From NCBI GenBank assembly GCA_030248215.1, contig JASANG010000621.1:186001-250000 (forward strand): a stretch of DNA of 64,000 nucleotides, given 5' to 3'. Both the position numbers and the translations under genes were made by a program. A model generated the notes under the pieces. It was not told where the DNA came from, did no database searches, and was given only the letters and a program-made list of their open reading frames with translations. Position 1 is the stretch's first letter, and the number at the start of each line of letters is the position of its first letter. The DNA comes from Enoplolaimus lenunculus (lineage: Eukaryota). This document shows positions 13,650 through 26,922 of the stretch, piece after piece.

Positions 13650-15835
13650 CAGTATATCCGTTGCGAACAAAATTTGCTGACCGTGCCAAAGCTGCCTGAA
13701 GCCTAAAAATAACAATTTTTGTGAAAATTTTGTTGTTTTAATGCTCAGCTCTACCTGACTCTATTTCAGAAGCATGATGAGGTTAGGTATATTATCACAA
13801 AGAAGATGTTTTCGATATTAACATCCTTAAACTTACTTTTTGAAACGTGCCTAATGCATATGACTATGCACGGGATCATTTGTGGGCGCCTAGGCCTATA
13901 TATCTATAGAATTTGATGATACCCATAAATTTTTTCATCCACCTGCTGTTAAAGACACTCCAAGTATAACATTTGAGCAACAGCGTTACAATTTGTTTCT
14001 TAAAACAAAAAAACACATTGAGAATAGAAAAACAGCGAAAAAACTAGAAATATTCTATCACCAATAGTTCTCAAACATATGAGATTTAAACCAAGAGCCA
14101 CCATCTATTTTAGAAAAGTTATTCAAAAATATAGTTCAACTTTTAGGTCGCAGTATTTTTCGAATTATTTGCGTGATACCAAATTTTGATCGTCTACAAT
14201 CTCCAATCAGTGGCGAACCAAGAAATTTAGAGTGGACGGAACCGGCACCGGAAAAACAACTAAAATATTGATGCTTTCAATAGAACGCGCGGGAACGTTA
14301 ACGAGTATTCAATAAGTCAATACTTCCACTTGGCAAATAATAATTTGAACAAGTGAACCATGGCTTCCGTTACCCCTTTTCGGTAACTTGCTTTCTCTGC
14401 GATGTTAATATTTTTGTCAATATATGAACTATTCCCGTTATTATGTCTCGGTCGCATTTAATAAACGATACGCGCATGAGAGAATTATTTTCACTGCAGA
14501 AAACTTGCACTTTTCTGCAACGTTTTCTAAAATAGAAACTGTATAAAATTTGCGATTGCAAAAAATAATTAACGGTCATCTATAGTCTGTTTACCGTTTG
14601 TGCCGTACAGAACACATTATATCAATCGGTAGGTTTTATTTGAACAATTATAAAAATACAAATATATGTTTTTATATACACACTATACAAATGTCAAAGG
14701 ATCGCAGAAGGCAACCAGGCAGGCCAGTAGCCAGCTCACCTTGCTCGGAGGGCTAAAGTTTTCAAGGAGGGGCACACAGGAGTTTTCATTGACATACAAG
14801 CAATGTTGAAGATTTTCCAGGGTTCCAAAACTGTTCCATGTTGGAGGCTGAACCCAATCTTGGCCCCCTTTGACTACGGGTCCGCATCCAGGTTGCTTCG
14901 GGGCAACATTACTTGTTTCAGCCATTGCGTCGTAGGTTTTTAAAATAATTTCACTGATGAAATTATGGATGGAAGAAACATTATTGCTTGACGCAAGCAA
15001 TATATCCTTCTTCTTATTGCGGTTCCTTAACATATTCGTAAAATCATGCTGAGAAACGGGTAAAATGGCTTTAGGCGAATGGATATTTTTTATTTCACTT
15101 CAAATTTTGAAAAACTGTGCAAAAGTGTTGTTTTTTCTTGATGTAATACAAGCACTGTAAATTCAGATAAGAATTAAATTACAAATCCTGTTTGCAGACT
15201 CTTCGTCGAACTCAAACCCACAACTTTCTTCACAGGTAGCTGGCAGATGCCGCTCTTTAGACATCTGACAGGCATGTTGGTTGTATCCTATGCTTATCCT
15301 GGCGTAATAAATGTTGATACGAACTGCGTAAAAAAGTCATGTGACTCCTCTTTTTCCGGATGCCGCAGTTTCCGCTGCCATGTTTTCCGGTTTGTCGTAT
15401 TTTCCCCCTCGGCATATTTTCGTTGTTATATTGTCGACCCTTTCATGTATGGAATATTACTGGCCGAGTTGCGGAGAAATTTTCTAGCGGAATAAGATTA
15501 TATGAAACACTAACGTGAAAACAAATCTCGCTGGGAAAAAATGGTAGAAAAATATCTCACTTGAAATGGTCAAAATATGGCAGGAGGGAAATATGGCAAG
15601 AGGTAAAGATATTGCAAAGGGAAAAAACGTGATAGGAGGAAAATATGACAGTCGAAAATATGGCGCCCGGAAGGAGAGATCAGGCGGGGCCAAAATATGG
15701 CACCACACCGGCAACTCACTTTCTGGACGACACTAAAATCGTAGGAAAGCGTAGCCCCGTCACACCTCAGGTCTATTCGCTTTCAGTTAAATTAAAATCT
15801 CTGTTTTTGGACGAACTGTACGTTATTTGATTCTT

Positions 15836-17702
15836 TTAATACGTGTACTCAACTTTGAAATTTTTCGCCATACCAGCATGCTTATTAGTAACCATACACG
15901 TATAAATGCCTTGGTCACCTACAGTTGCAGGATCGATTTCAAGACGACTTCGAATAATGCTGTCGCCGATAAAGTCAACTTTGATCTGTAAAATTAGAAT
16001 GGATTGTAGATAAAGCTGCCAATTGGCACATATGCATAATAATCTCTTGAGTACTCTGCGCTGATTGACTTATCAAATGCTCTATACGGAAGCATTTATA
16101 AGATGAACAATACCATAAACAATTTGAATTAACCTCTCCCGCATGCATGAATATTTTCAATTTCATCTAAGTGGAATATATTTAAGCTTTAATAAGAGTT
16201 ATCGTTTTTAAATGAGTGTAGCACTTATCACCAGTTGGTGATCAGGTCTTGTAGTTTTCAAACCAGACAATGGCGAGGTTCAGACAAAGATCGAAACTGA
16301 GCACATTTTTTGCATTTGACTTGTCCTGCGTAATAGCAGTAGTTTTTCAGTTTGCAAACCTATCGCTAAGCGATGAAGGATGCTATACTCACTCGAAATT
16401 ACTGTACTGACTCGAAAAAGAGGGGTGGTGCGTTGCTTATCTAAAGGGAACCCCTGCTATTTGGTACGACCTGCTATTTATTTTTTATCTTTCTCATATT
16501 AGTTGACGCCACTGCCTTTTCTATATTCTTTCTTTTGGGCAGAACTGACTAGCTCTGAAGTATTTCGTTTGAATGCCATGTCCGCTAATCTTGTTTCTAA
16601 ACTAATAAAGTTTATGCGGGTTGATTGAGTGTCTGTTATGTATTTGAGCGGACTAGGCCATTCCGCATTGGTCTCTTTTATAGACTTTATTTGGGACTTA
16701 TAGGCAGTATCCACTAACGGTTTCTTACAACAGGCTCTTATTGAGACACAAAATCAGAACCCTCTTTGTACCCATCGCATACAGGCGATTACAGTATGGG
16801 GCAGAAGGTCACAGGGTCGTAGCTGCTTGTGAAACAAATTATATATTCATCGCTGATTTGAAAGCGTATTCTTAACTGGTTACATCCACCTGTAACAAAT
16901 GTAAAACGGCTAAAATGTTACTTAAACATACGCTTGCAGTTCTTCGCATTGGCCACAGTTTATCTTCTTTTAGCCATAGCACCGCCGGCACAGGATTTCC
17001 TTCGGCGACACAAAGTAACAAAATTTTGTATCCAAGTCGGTATGTTTGAGCGAAATGTGACGAACTTATTATTCTCGCACCCTGAAATTGTTTTAATTAA
17101 ATTTGACATAAAAATAACCAAGGAACATTGTTTATATATAAATGCTTTTACTGTCTGCAGTTACCAAATGATAAATTTAAGGAAAGTATCTGTTCTACAC
17201 TTTCCCCACATTCAAGATTTCGGTTTAGACTTAAAAAACGGCTTAGACAATTGCTTAATAAAAGAATCAAGCTTACACAAGCATTTTCTAAACCTACACC
17301 TAAGCTTGATTCTGAGTTTATGGAAGAAAGTTGACGAGACACAAGAAGAAAAACTACCAGATAATTTTCACTAAAAACTGTTAATAGACAAACGAAAAAG
17401 TTGTGTATAGACGACCAGCCTAAGCAAAAATCTATTATAACCCGGGTTAATCTTTGAGTAAGTGTCACAAGGCCTTGTGTAGTTTTTACCCGTCTCTTAC
17501 CAGAGACGAGCAGTATTACCTCAGGATGGTAATGTTTAGATATAATTTTTGAATAATCGACAATGTTTTTGTATGGAAGCAACAGCTTTCCTTTGCCTTT
17601 CCCTTTGCCTTTGCCGCGGCCCCCTTTTGCCGCTTTTACACCGTGCGGTACTATTAAACAAAGTAACGTAGCTAACAATGTTAATATAATTATTGGTTTC
17701 AT
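15836..17702 (-). CDS. oig-4: OIG-4-like secreted single-Ig-domain protein, copy B (3 exons, 160 aa)
   Basis: Exons 17702-17520, 17081-16932 and 15985-15836, with the same intron positions as copy A. GARIISSSHFAQTYRLGYKILLLCVAEGNPVP...SRLEIDPATVGDQGIYTCMVTNKHAGMAKNFKVEYTY*. Confidence 0.9.
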
Positions 17703-20700
17703 AATTCATAATACTGCGATTATATATAGCTAATAATAATAATAATTAACACTTGCATTCTGTGACAACAATCATGCTATGTCATATAAAAATTATAAAC
17801 CAGTCTATCAGTTTGCCAGTTGGTTCGTTTGAACGTATTGGTAGCTGGCTATAGGTGCTACGCACAGTTGAGAATGTGGCAGTTGGTTTTAAGTTTACTA
17901 CGTACAGTCAGATGAAAACAGCTTAAAATGTTGACTGGGCATCTTATACATTAACTTGAGGCTTAGGCTTAGACTTAGGCTCAGGCTTAGGCTTAGGCTT
18001 ATGCTTAGGTTTAGGCTTAGACGTAGGCTTAGGGTACATTAACTTGCGTACATTTTGTAACATCATTCCTTTGTGTGCGTGTGCGTTGGTTGAAAAAATT
18101 AACATCATAGCCTGCACATGAGATTCGTGTTGTTTTTGACCGCTTTAGCAATGCAAAAATTAACAAATCGTGAAAACAAATGTGAGGCAATATTTTAAGA
18201 ACTCTTGGCGTCCGACTATGGCGACAAGACCGCAAAACTTAACGCCGTGCTAAAACTGCTGAGGGCAAATTTTGGGAAACTTGAACTCATGTTCCTGATT
18301 GTAATGGGTGGCTTTGCTATATATCTGAAAATAATTTAACCAACAGGAAAATTAAAAGTTTGGCGAAAACAACACGTAAAATGACTGCAAAAGCAACAAC
18401 TGAGATCGACGCAGAATGAAATCCGATACGCGTATACAGAAACTGAGCAAAATATTAAAAAATATAAATACCTATTATAAGCTGAAGTTGATTTTTTCTG
18501 CGCACACTAAATTGCTTACACCCTGTGAGACTACTTTAGTGATCCGAATAAGAGTGGGACTGATAATTATTCGACCTCTGCAGAGGGCAACCCCTGTTAT
18601 TCGGTTACGGACTGTTATTTATTTGTAACAAGCCGTTCGGTACTGACATATATACGGTATTGAAACTATCCGTTGAATTAAACATTTATTTGTCTTGTAT
18701 CAAAACCTTAATAAGTAGGCGATGATGCAAGGCTATACTTAGGAATGTACTTTCAAAACAAAGTATGCTTTAAAGTTTCGAACACAACTGTATTTGGTGT
18801 TGGAGTCTTTTGTACACTACAATTTGGAATAATTGTCATTTACCGACTCTAGTTAGGGTTTAGGGACTCTGTCCGCTTATAAAATGAAAGTCTGGTTACA
18901 CATTTGACAATATTCTATCGTCATGCAGGTAGTTTTAATGATTTCACTGCAAAATAGAAATCTATGCTAGGCTCAAAATTGTAAACAAAAATAACAATAT
19001 CAATCAGATGCGTATACAAGGGAGATTGAGGTATAATATATCCTTGCGAAGTTTACGAACACTGTAAGAAAAGGACCTTCAGAGGTCAAAAAATTACGTG
19101 GTTATGGAATCCCGAAACGAAATCCACGCTGCGCCTTTGTACATTATTTTCGACATCTTATCCGTTTCAAATCTATAAATGAAACGCAGATCCACAAGCG
19201 TATAACCACATAATGTACAACTCAATCATATTCGACACTTCTTAGGGTACTCAAAGCCTGAGGCAACCGTACAAAAAAACTGTCTGCTCAATTGAAATTT
19301 TCACCACGATTTCGACGGGGGGGCGCCTGAGAATATAAAGGGGCCACCTGTCGCTGAGATAAGTGTCAAATGCTTGGTTGATTGTCATTTTGGCAGACTT
19401 AAAACATGTTTTTGAAAAAACATTTAAATAAGAGGCTTTACTGCAGGCACAACAGATTTATTAATACAGCGATTGTAAAATTTTGAAAAGGAGCTAAAAA
19501 TGGCTTGTATTTCAAAACCGACGCTGATTAGTTTTCTGATATGTAGAAAAACATGCACTTGTACTTTACCGCGTGAATATTTTTTATTTCATCAAATCTA
19601 ATTTGAAGCTAGGATTCACACACACCGACACCCTCAGCAAACACGCTTTGACCATCACCAAACAGCTATAGAAACTCGATGCTATGCTCGAGGAGGCTTC
19701 CATGGCTTGCGGACATATTGTATTGCGCGAGGGTGTAATTCTCTTAAACATTATGCGTTGTATGTTTCTGCAGCTTACGTAGTTTGCAATTAGTTGTTCG
19801 TTATTTTATAGTTAAAGTATTCAAAACTTAAAGTTAAAAAGTTTTGGAAATATTAACATTTGCATGTAGTATATATTTCTTACCCAGATTCTGTAGTCGA
19901 AAAAATATCAGTTCCGTATATTGACCTTCGACTCCGGCTTCTTTATACTTTTTGCTGAACGTTTCCGCAATTTCACTAGCAAAGTTTTTTGTATTTTTAT
20001 TAAATTTGCAACGATCATAGTGAGTTTATATGTAATTGTAACATTGAAACAATTCATAAAACCCAAGAACAATATTTTGACAACACTTTGTAGGTTATTG
20101 TTAAAGTTTAAGAAATTTAACATAATTTTTACTACCCAATCCAGCTACAACTGAGGCTTCGGCATTATATAACTCCGGTTGTATTTTCACAAGCGACAAG
20201 AGTGTATTGAAATTTTACTGTCTGGTGAGAAATATAATAATCTTGGGCGTTAAGCCGGATGGGTAGATGCGGTCGGTACTCCTAAATATAGCAAGTTTTT
20301 TTGCCATGTTGATTCTAAAACATATTAGTTTAAATTTTCAATGATAGACTGACTGCCGTTGAAGTTCTACAAAAGGGTTCCGCTTTAATTTTTGTGCTGA
20401 CGCTCTTAGTTGCGACCTAACTCATAACGAATTGGGAATTAATAAATTTCAAAATAGACATTTTTGTAATAAACATAACTAAACAAACGTACCGGTTTCA
20501 ATTTTGGCTCGTTTTTATTCGTTTTAAAATCTTCAAAAAATAACAAAAAAAACCTCCTCCAAAACACCCATAAAAAAAAAAAAAAAAACTCCCCCCCGCA
20601 AAATAAGGGTGGTCTTAAGGGGGCTTTTTCTTTTCGGGACCTTTCCCCCGGACCCCCCCCCCCCTGGTTCAAACTCCTTATTTTTTTTTTTGTCTGTACG

Positions 20701-20901
20701 GAATGGACAAAAAATTAGCCTGGGACCCGAAGAAAACAGCCGGCCCGCAAACCAAAATACCGGTTTCAAGTTTTGGCTCAAGTTTTTAAGTCAAAATGAA
20801 AACATTCAGTTTCTAGGCACTTTATGTAGAATAATTTACTACGAAACATCTGCAGCCAGTAGAGTATCCAGAAGGGAAGGCCCCATTTCCTACAGTTTTT
20901 C

Positions 20902-21110
20902 CCCTGTAAAAAATATTGAGTCAAATTGACTCTCTTCGAAATAGGCTCTACGGGACTACACAAACTGAGTCAAAGTCGACTCCACCAGAGTCGAACATGC
21001 AACTCAGTGAGTCAAATTTAACTCTGGCGGAGTCGACTTTGACTCAGTTTGTGTAGGCCCGTAGAGTCTATTTCGGAGAGAGTCAATTTGACTCACAATT
21101 TTTTGCTGCG
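20902..21110. mobile_element. Near-palindromic MITE, second copy of the 7157-7366 family
   Basis: Shares GAGTCAAATTGACTCTCTTCGAAATAGGCTCTACGGGACTACACAAA and the inverted arm. Confidence 0.8.
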
Positions 21111-21938
21111 TAACGTCTCTTCTATACAGTAATCCGTTTCTTCAAATTAATTATTGGGCCTATTTCACTTTGTAGCATTAACTTCCGATTGTAATTTTTG
21201 TTTAATTACGCATTAATACATAACAATTATACATAAATATAGCTGTAAAATCGCGTCAGATATAAAACCCTATTTTAACGCTCTTCGCATTTCAGTTGCC
21301 ATCTAAACGATTGGTTCCTTAGATGGGGTTGCTGGAGCAGAGCGTCTGAAACACGGCTTGATGCAGGGCGGCTACAAACGCTACTGAAATGCGAACCGAT
21401 TCTGATTGGTTGATGTGACAAACAAGTTTTGTTGCTCTTAATTTATGGATTTCTTGTCATTCTAGTGGATGGCTGGACTGTTTTGAACAATAATTCGTCA
21501 CAAGTTGATCAAATGCGGTTCAAGATACGACATTTATGAGTACTGCAACTTTAAACTGACACAAAATGAACGCGCTTTGCGCTGTCTATTTGTCGAGGCA
21601 CCTAATACAACAAAGCAGTGTATTTGCGCCCTCAGAATCATCTAGCAAGGAAAAAAGTAATAGTGTTCTTCTACAAACGTTAAAATTAACCACTGCCTCT
21701 CAAGGAGTCAAAAATATTTTGTCGCTCGTTAGGTTCGCTCGTAAAACGATGGTTCAATGATACTAAAATTTTCTCAAATAACAAGGCCCGTGGCCAGCTT
21801 AACATGCTAGAAGCGGCACAAAAAAAATCTCGCAGCTCGCTTGCATTAGATTTCATATTTTACGGGTTTACCCGTGCTCGCAGTAATTCCTCTGGTTACG
21901 AATATCGAAACAAATTATTAGCTACACCCCTGTTTAAT

Positions 21939-24900
21939 TTATTTCTTTTGATTTTGCGTCGGTTCAGAATCATCAAAGACAAACCCTTGATGTCCACATT
22001 TTACTCCGGCCAACTTGCATCCAAACTTTAACGCACGTTCAATTTCTTTGCCTTTGAACAACGAATAAATGACTGCTGCGTTAAATGTTGCCCCGGCTCC
22101 TAGAGGGTCCACAATTTTTTCCGGAGGGAATGCTGGCGACGTCCAAACGTCTCGAAAGGACCCCCCTGCCAGAATACATGTAGACCCTTTGTCACCCCAC
22201 GGGCAAATCACTTTAGTACCCATCCATGCAGATTTAGCAATATTTTTAGCAGCTGCAGACATATTGGCGTATCCTTTGATTCGGGCATAATTTTTACTAA
22301 TAAATAGCACATCAGGCTTGTTAAGAAGAGTTTCCACTGCAGGCAGCGCTTGTTCGATTTCGAGCGAAATTGTTAGCTGTAAATTGTCGGATTTTCGCCG
22401 TTCTTTAACGTAATCGATCATCTTAGCAGTTTCAGTAACGTTTGTGCCTGGAAAAAAATTTGCAATTAAATCTCAAGATGCATTCATTATTAGTTTCGCT
22501 ATTGACTTCGACTCGGTAAGATCTTTAGATGCTCTCAGATTCCCCTTGCATGAATTTCAATATTTGTCACAACTTGCACTACAGTGGCACGCCTAGGAAT
22601 TTGCAGTACGTTAACGATGATTCAATAAAGTAGTAGGGTGCAACCGAATATGAAAATCCGAATAACATGGTCAACAAGTGTTGCCGGAGCCGACACCGGA
22701 GATGAAACAAATTATGCGATAACAATAATGTTGAATTTGCCAAATTTAACAGGAAATTTCAAAAGTTTGTAAGAAAATCGTTCATAAGCTGTTTTTAAGA
22801 TATTTGGGCTTTCAAGATTACTTAAAAGTTGGAAATTAAATCATTGAAGGGCACAATTTTCATAAAAATATAAATAATTTCTTCGCCGAAATTGCCGAAA
22901 CATTCAGCAAAAATTGTATTGGGACCGGAGCCGTAATTAGGTTTTTAGCGGAGCTGGATCAGAAGGCAGTCCTCCGGTTGTATTCTATAAAGTAGTGTCT
23001 TCACTTCGCTGCAACGAATGCGTTTTTTGGGCCGTACCCCCTTACAAAAAATCCAACCAATAATTAAAAGGTGATATTTTAAGAAGGTTTATGTCCTGCA
23101 ATTCTTGAACGTTTTATGCATAAAGAGCTTCAAATCCAAGAAATTTTTTCGAAAATACCTTTTACCTTATAAAATTAATACAACCAATGATGCTAAGCGA
23201 TGATTTTGTTGCCCACGACCGCTTTACTTGTGGTACCTCATTTATGTGGGGCCAAAAATATGGCTTTCTTCTCGGGCCAAAATTGGTTTTTTCTGTTTTT
23301 TCCAAAAGTTAACAAATACGGATTTTAAGGGAATACCTAAGCAAAGTTTAAGAAACTCAACCATTTTTACAGTACTCACTTTCGAAAAGATGTCAGCCGG
23401 CAATACTAAGCGATGACTATTTCGGCAAGACACAATTTTTGAGAACGTATACTTTAAAAATGGATTTGAATCGCTTATTACGCTACTGTAGCAGAAATTT
23501 TATAAAATTTAAAACGATTTCGTTAGTTTACCTTCAAAATGAATCCAGCCAATAATACTAAGCGATGATTCTTTTTCAACGAACGCTTTGAATTCGTCAA
23601 ATGTTGCTTGTTGCATGTTTTGTTCGGAATAAATTGTTGTTCGCGTGGACGTTGCACGACTTTTGATCACTACTCCAACCGGCATCGCTTGTTCCATTCG
23701 AACTGGGCAATGTTCAATGGAAATTTCAAGTTCACCTAGTTTGGTGACGAAAAACGGAAGCGAAGTGTCCGCGGCGAGGGCTCCTGGAAAGGTATAAAAT
23801 TAAATACAAAATATGCACGTGCGAAAAAGGCTGAATGTTTGAAATTTTGCGTCTGTTACCTTCAGCAGGGTCCGGTTTTGACGCAGACAGCGACAAAAGG
23901 CTTAGGTATAGGATTACCTTTAAACTTATACTAGGTTTAGTTGTTAACTTTAGATTTATTCTTACACTTGGGGCAGTTATTTTTAGGATTAGAAACGAAC
24001 GTATATTAACAGAACAAGCTCCAGAATGCAATGCCCAAACTTTTGACGTTCAAGCGATTCAACCAGTTTGGTTGTTTCCGAAGTCTAAATTTTAAAGTGG
24101 GATCGATACTCGGTTTGTCAAATGCTACCTACTGGTCTTGTCAAATGTTTGCTAATTTATCATTTAATGCTGAATTTTTTAGTATTGTGTTTGTCTTGTT
24201 TTTAACTTATTATATTCAAACTGTGTGTAGCACCTATCATCAGTAGGCGACCGAACTTGTAAATTTTAAGACGATGGCTAAGCGCTGGTGTAAATTATTA
24301 AACTTGTTTGGGAAGCAAAAATTGAAATAACTTGTACAACTCCGGGTTCTGATCAGCACGAAATCCTTTAGTTCATAAGTCACACCTTGTGATAAAGTTC
24401 TACACACGTGATAATTGGTGCATCGTGTCCCGGCCAACAAATAGAACAGGGCGGCAACAGTAATATAATCTTATTCCTAAGTCTAAGCCTAAGAGTAAGC
24501 CTAAGCCGAAGCCTAAGCCTGAGCCAAAGCCTGAGCCTGAGCCTAAGACTAAGCCTAAGACTGAGCCTACTCTTAAGAATGAGTTTATACCAAAGCCTCA
24601 GCATAAGCCTAGCCTAAGAAAAATTATTCTAAAACTTAAACTTATTCTATTGCAATCACACAGAAAACGTTCCACTCCTGATCTTTACATGGGCCGGTGT
24701 CCCTCAGATGTCGAGTGCGTGAAACTCTAAGACAACAGTGTGCAACTGGGTATATGTAGTGTTAGAAAAAATGTATGCTTATAATTTTTGAGAGACTCTG
24801 AAATTCATAACTTGTTGTATATGTCGTAGGCCAATTTGCTTGTCAGGCTAATTACCAATTGACCTAGCACAACCTGCTATTCGAAACAAATAGCAGTTTG

Positions 24901-25937
24901 GCTTTGGCCAAATAGCGATTGTGAAATTGCGCAAAACAACAGTACTGTAAGATCAATGCTGATTGGTTAACGGTATTGTGTTCGTCCAAGTTAACGGTAT
25001 TGTGTTCGTCCAAATAATCAAGTCTGATTAGTCTATAAGTTTAATAGCAGTTTAGCCCACATCAAACTGCTATTAAAATAGCAGATTGGCCTAGGCTAAT
25101 TAGTAATTGGCCTGAATAGCAGACTGGCATACGACATATACACTGAAAAGTGGTCGCTTATATTTTAACAAAATTTAATCAATGTTGGCTACAGTCAGTG
25201 GCGTACCGAGAAGTTTGGATTGGGGGCTGCACCATGCCTGGTCCGTGCCGACTATTGCTTAGATGTTGCAAGCAGCAATAGTATTTTCATATCTGTAGGA
25301 CTTCAATTACGATGGGGCGAGAGGGTCGGCCGCGGACAACTTTGCCCCTGAAAGAAAATTTATTCGACAGCATTCAAACGCAACCATGTTAAGAAAATTT
25401 TTTCTTGTCCGCTTTAGAAATGCTCTGGCAGCCCAGCCCTATACCAGGTGGCTTAGTTAAATATTCATGCAATACTTATCACCAGTTCACGATGGGTATT
25501 CAAACGAAAAGCATTCTGCGAAACTGAGAAGTTAAACATTTACTAGCACATAAAGTAGTACTCAAACTGAAGTTGTCTCTGCCACCGGGCCACTGTACAA
25601 ATATGAAAAACTTACCAAAAAATGAGCACCGTGCCCCAAGTTGCCTCAGTACCATTACAGATTGAAGGGTGCCGCCTCCTAAATCCCAGTCAAATGTTTC
25701 CGTATACGTATCACTATCTTCTGATGGAAATTTATCAACTATGTTTATCATATTTAAACAAGCAGTGCCAACACATAGTATCCCTTTTTCTTCATCTTGA
25801 GCCATGGCTGAACCTCCTGATTGTGCTGTGTGGGCATCCGCATCCACTGGAGGCGTTGTGGGGGCGCCCCCGGGCTTTGTTGTGGTCATGCCCACGGTTT
25901 TCGCGGAGACTGGTGTTGGTTTCGGTTTAAATGACAT
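21939..25937 (-). CDS. KHK: Ketohexokinase-like PfkB-family protein with substituted active-site residues (3 exons, 360 aa)
   Basis: Exons 25937-25616, 23783-23532 and 22447-21939 (phase 1/1, GT-AG). KHK motifs EEKGILCVG, DKFPSEDSD, WIHFEG, DVLFISK, CPWGDKG, PAFPPEKIVDPLGAG(A)TFNAAVI, ALKFGCKLAGVKCG. Confidence 0.88.
22634..22987. mobile_element. hAT-like MITE with 8-bp TSD in KHK intron 2
   Basis: TAGGGTGCAACCG...CGGTTGTATTCTA, flanked on both sides by TAAAGTAG. Confidence 0.75.
24432..24695 (-). mobile_element. TTAGGC-carrying TIR element (reverse copy) in KHK intron 1
   Basis: GGCCAACAAATAGAACAGGGC...(GCCTAA)n...ACGTTCCACTCCTGATCTTTACATGGGCC. Confidence 0.72.
24819..25140. mobile_element. 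MITE with ~60-bp imperfect TIRs
   Basis: TATATGTCGTAGGCCAATTTGC...GCAGACTGGCATACGACATATA; internal tandem duplication of GTTAACGGTATTGTGTTCGTCCAA at ~24966-25013. Confidence 0.7.
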
Positions 25938-26794
25938 ATGTGTTAAGGTATATATATGAATGAGGAAACGGAATAATTACCGGTTGAAAGTTAAATAAGT
26001 TGTAATATATTGGGTACTGTTACTTAATTGAGCGGTTTTATATTCTAAAATGGAACCTGGGTTTTAAACTGAATTAGTAAACAAAATGCCAGAAAAATTG
26101 AATGAAGGATAACACATTTTATAGCTAATCTGTTGAAAAAAATCATCACACTATTGAATTTGAAGCATTTGACAAAACGTATTTTGAAACAAATCCGGCG
26201 ATTTGATATAAGTATGATATTTCAGCTACCAGTTTACTTTTGAGCAAATAAATTTAAACCCTTCGTTAAAACAAATTCCACCGTACCGAGGGTCACGTTG
26301 GGAATATCCCTAAAATAAGGTTTGACTTTCTCCGGTAGGTATAGACGCTTGTCTTCGTAACCCATTTAGGCTTATAGGCTTACGTTCAAAACTATAAGAT
26401 GACTTAAATATTTTAGAATAAATTTTAATTTGCTAAATTAAATTTTCCTTATATTTACTATTCTCTACAGCAAACTATACTATTTAGCCAAACAATAAAC
26501 ACAGTAAAAAGAATACAACCTTACAATACACATATGCTGTTGAAAAACCTATGTTACCCATATTGTTAAAGTCACATCTGCAGTGCGGCGCATATATTGC
26601 GAAATATAAAACTGCAAGAAGAGACAAAACTTGGTTTTGCTTCAAACAACAGTGGGTTACCGCAATATATTGCTGGTACATCTGAGGCAAAGGCATATTC
26701 TCCTCCGGAAAATGCGTCACCCCCTCAAAACATGCTGAAATTTGTTAAATTCCAGATAAATATTTCGAAATTGCCTGTATTTAAGCTTCGACGC

Positions 26795-26922
26795 CAGGCC
26801 CGTAGCCAGCTCACTTTACTAGAGGAAGCTAAAAATATTTCAAGACAAATAACATTCTAGGGGGCCAAAATTTTTCCAGGGGGGGGCTGAACCCCCAAGT
26901 CCCCCTACTGGCTACGTGTCTG
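26795..26922. mobile_element. Short hAT-type MITE
   Basis: CAGGCCCGTAGCCAG...CTGGCTACGTGTCTG termini with a GGGGGGCTGAACCCCC subterminal motif; relative at ~21783-21932. Confidence 0.6.

Noticed and set aside
14683..15033. 116-aa ORF with CGP...DWVQ, faintly PHD-like
   Set aside because: The Cys/His ligand pattern is incomplete and no partner exons were found.
17148..17519. C-terminal extension of the 184-aa ORF (and likewise 3259-3468)
   Set aside because: Read-through into oig-4 intron 1; the spliced models fit the homologue.
19880..20310. Minus-strand frame interrupted only by TAA stops
   Set aside because: Part of it resembles the hAT-like MITE at 22634-22987, and all real genes here use the standard code.
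20440..20800. Homopolymer-rich stretch with short ORFs
   Set aside because: Runs of A, C, G and T look like low-quality consensus; no credible coding signal.
24380..24617. LRLRL/SLSLS ORFs
   Set aside because: Translations of (TTAGGC)n.
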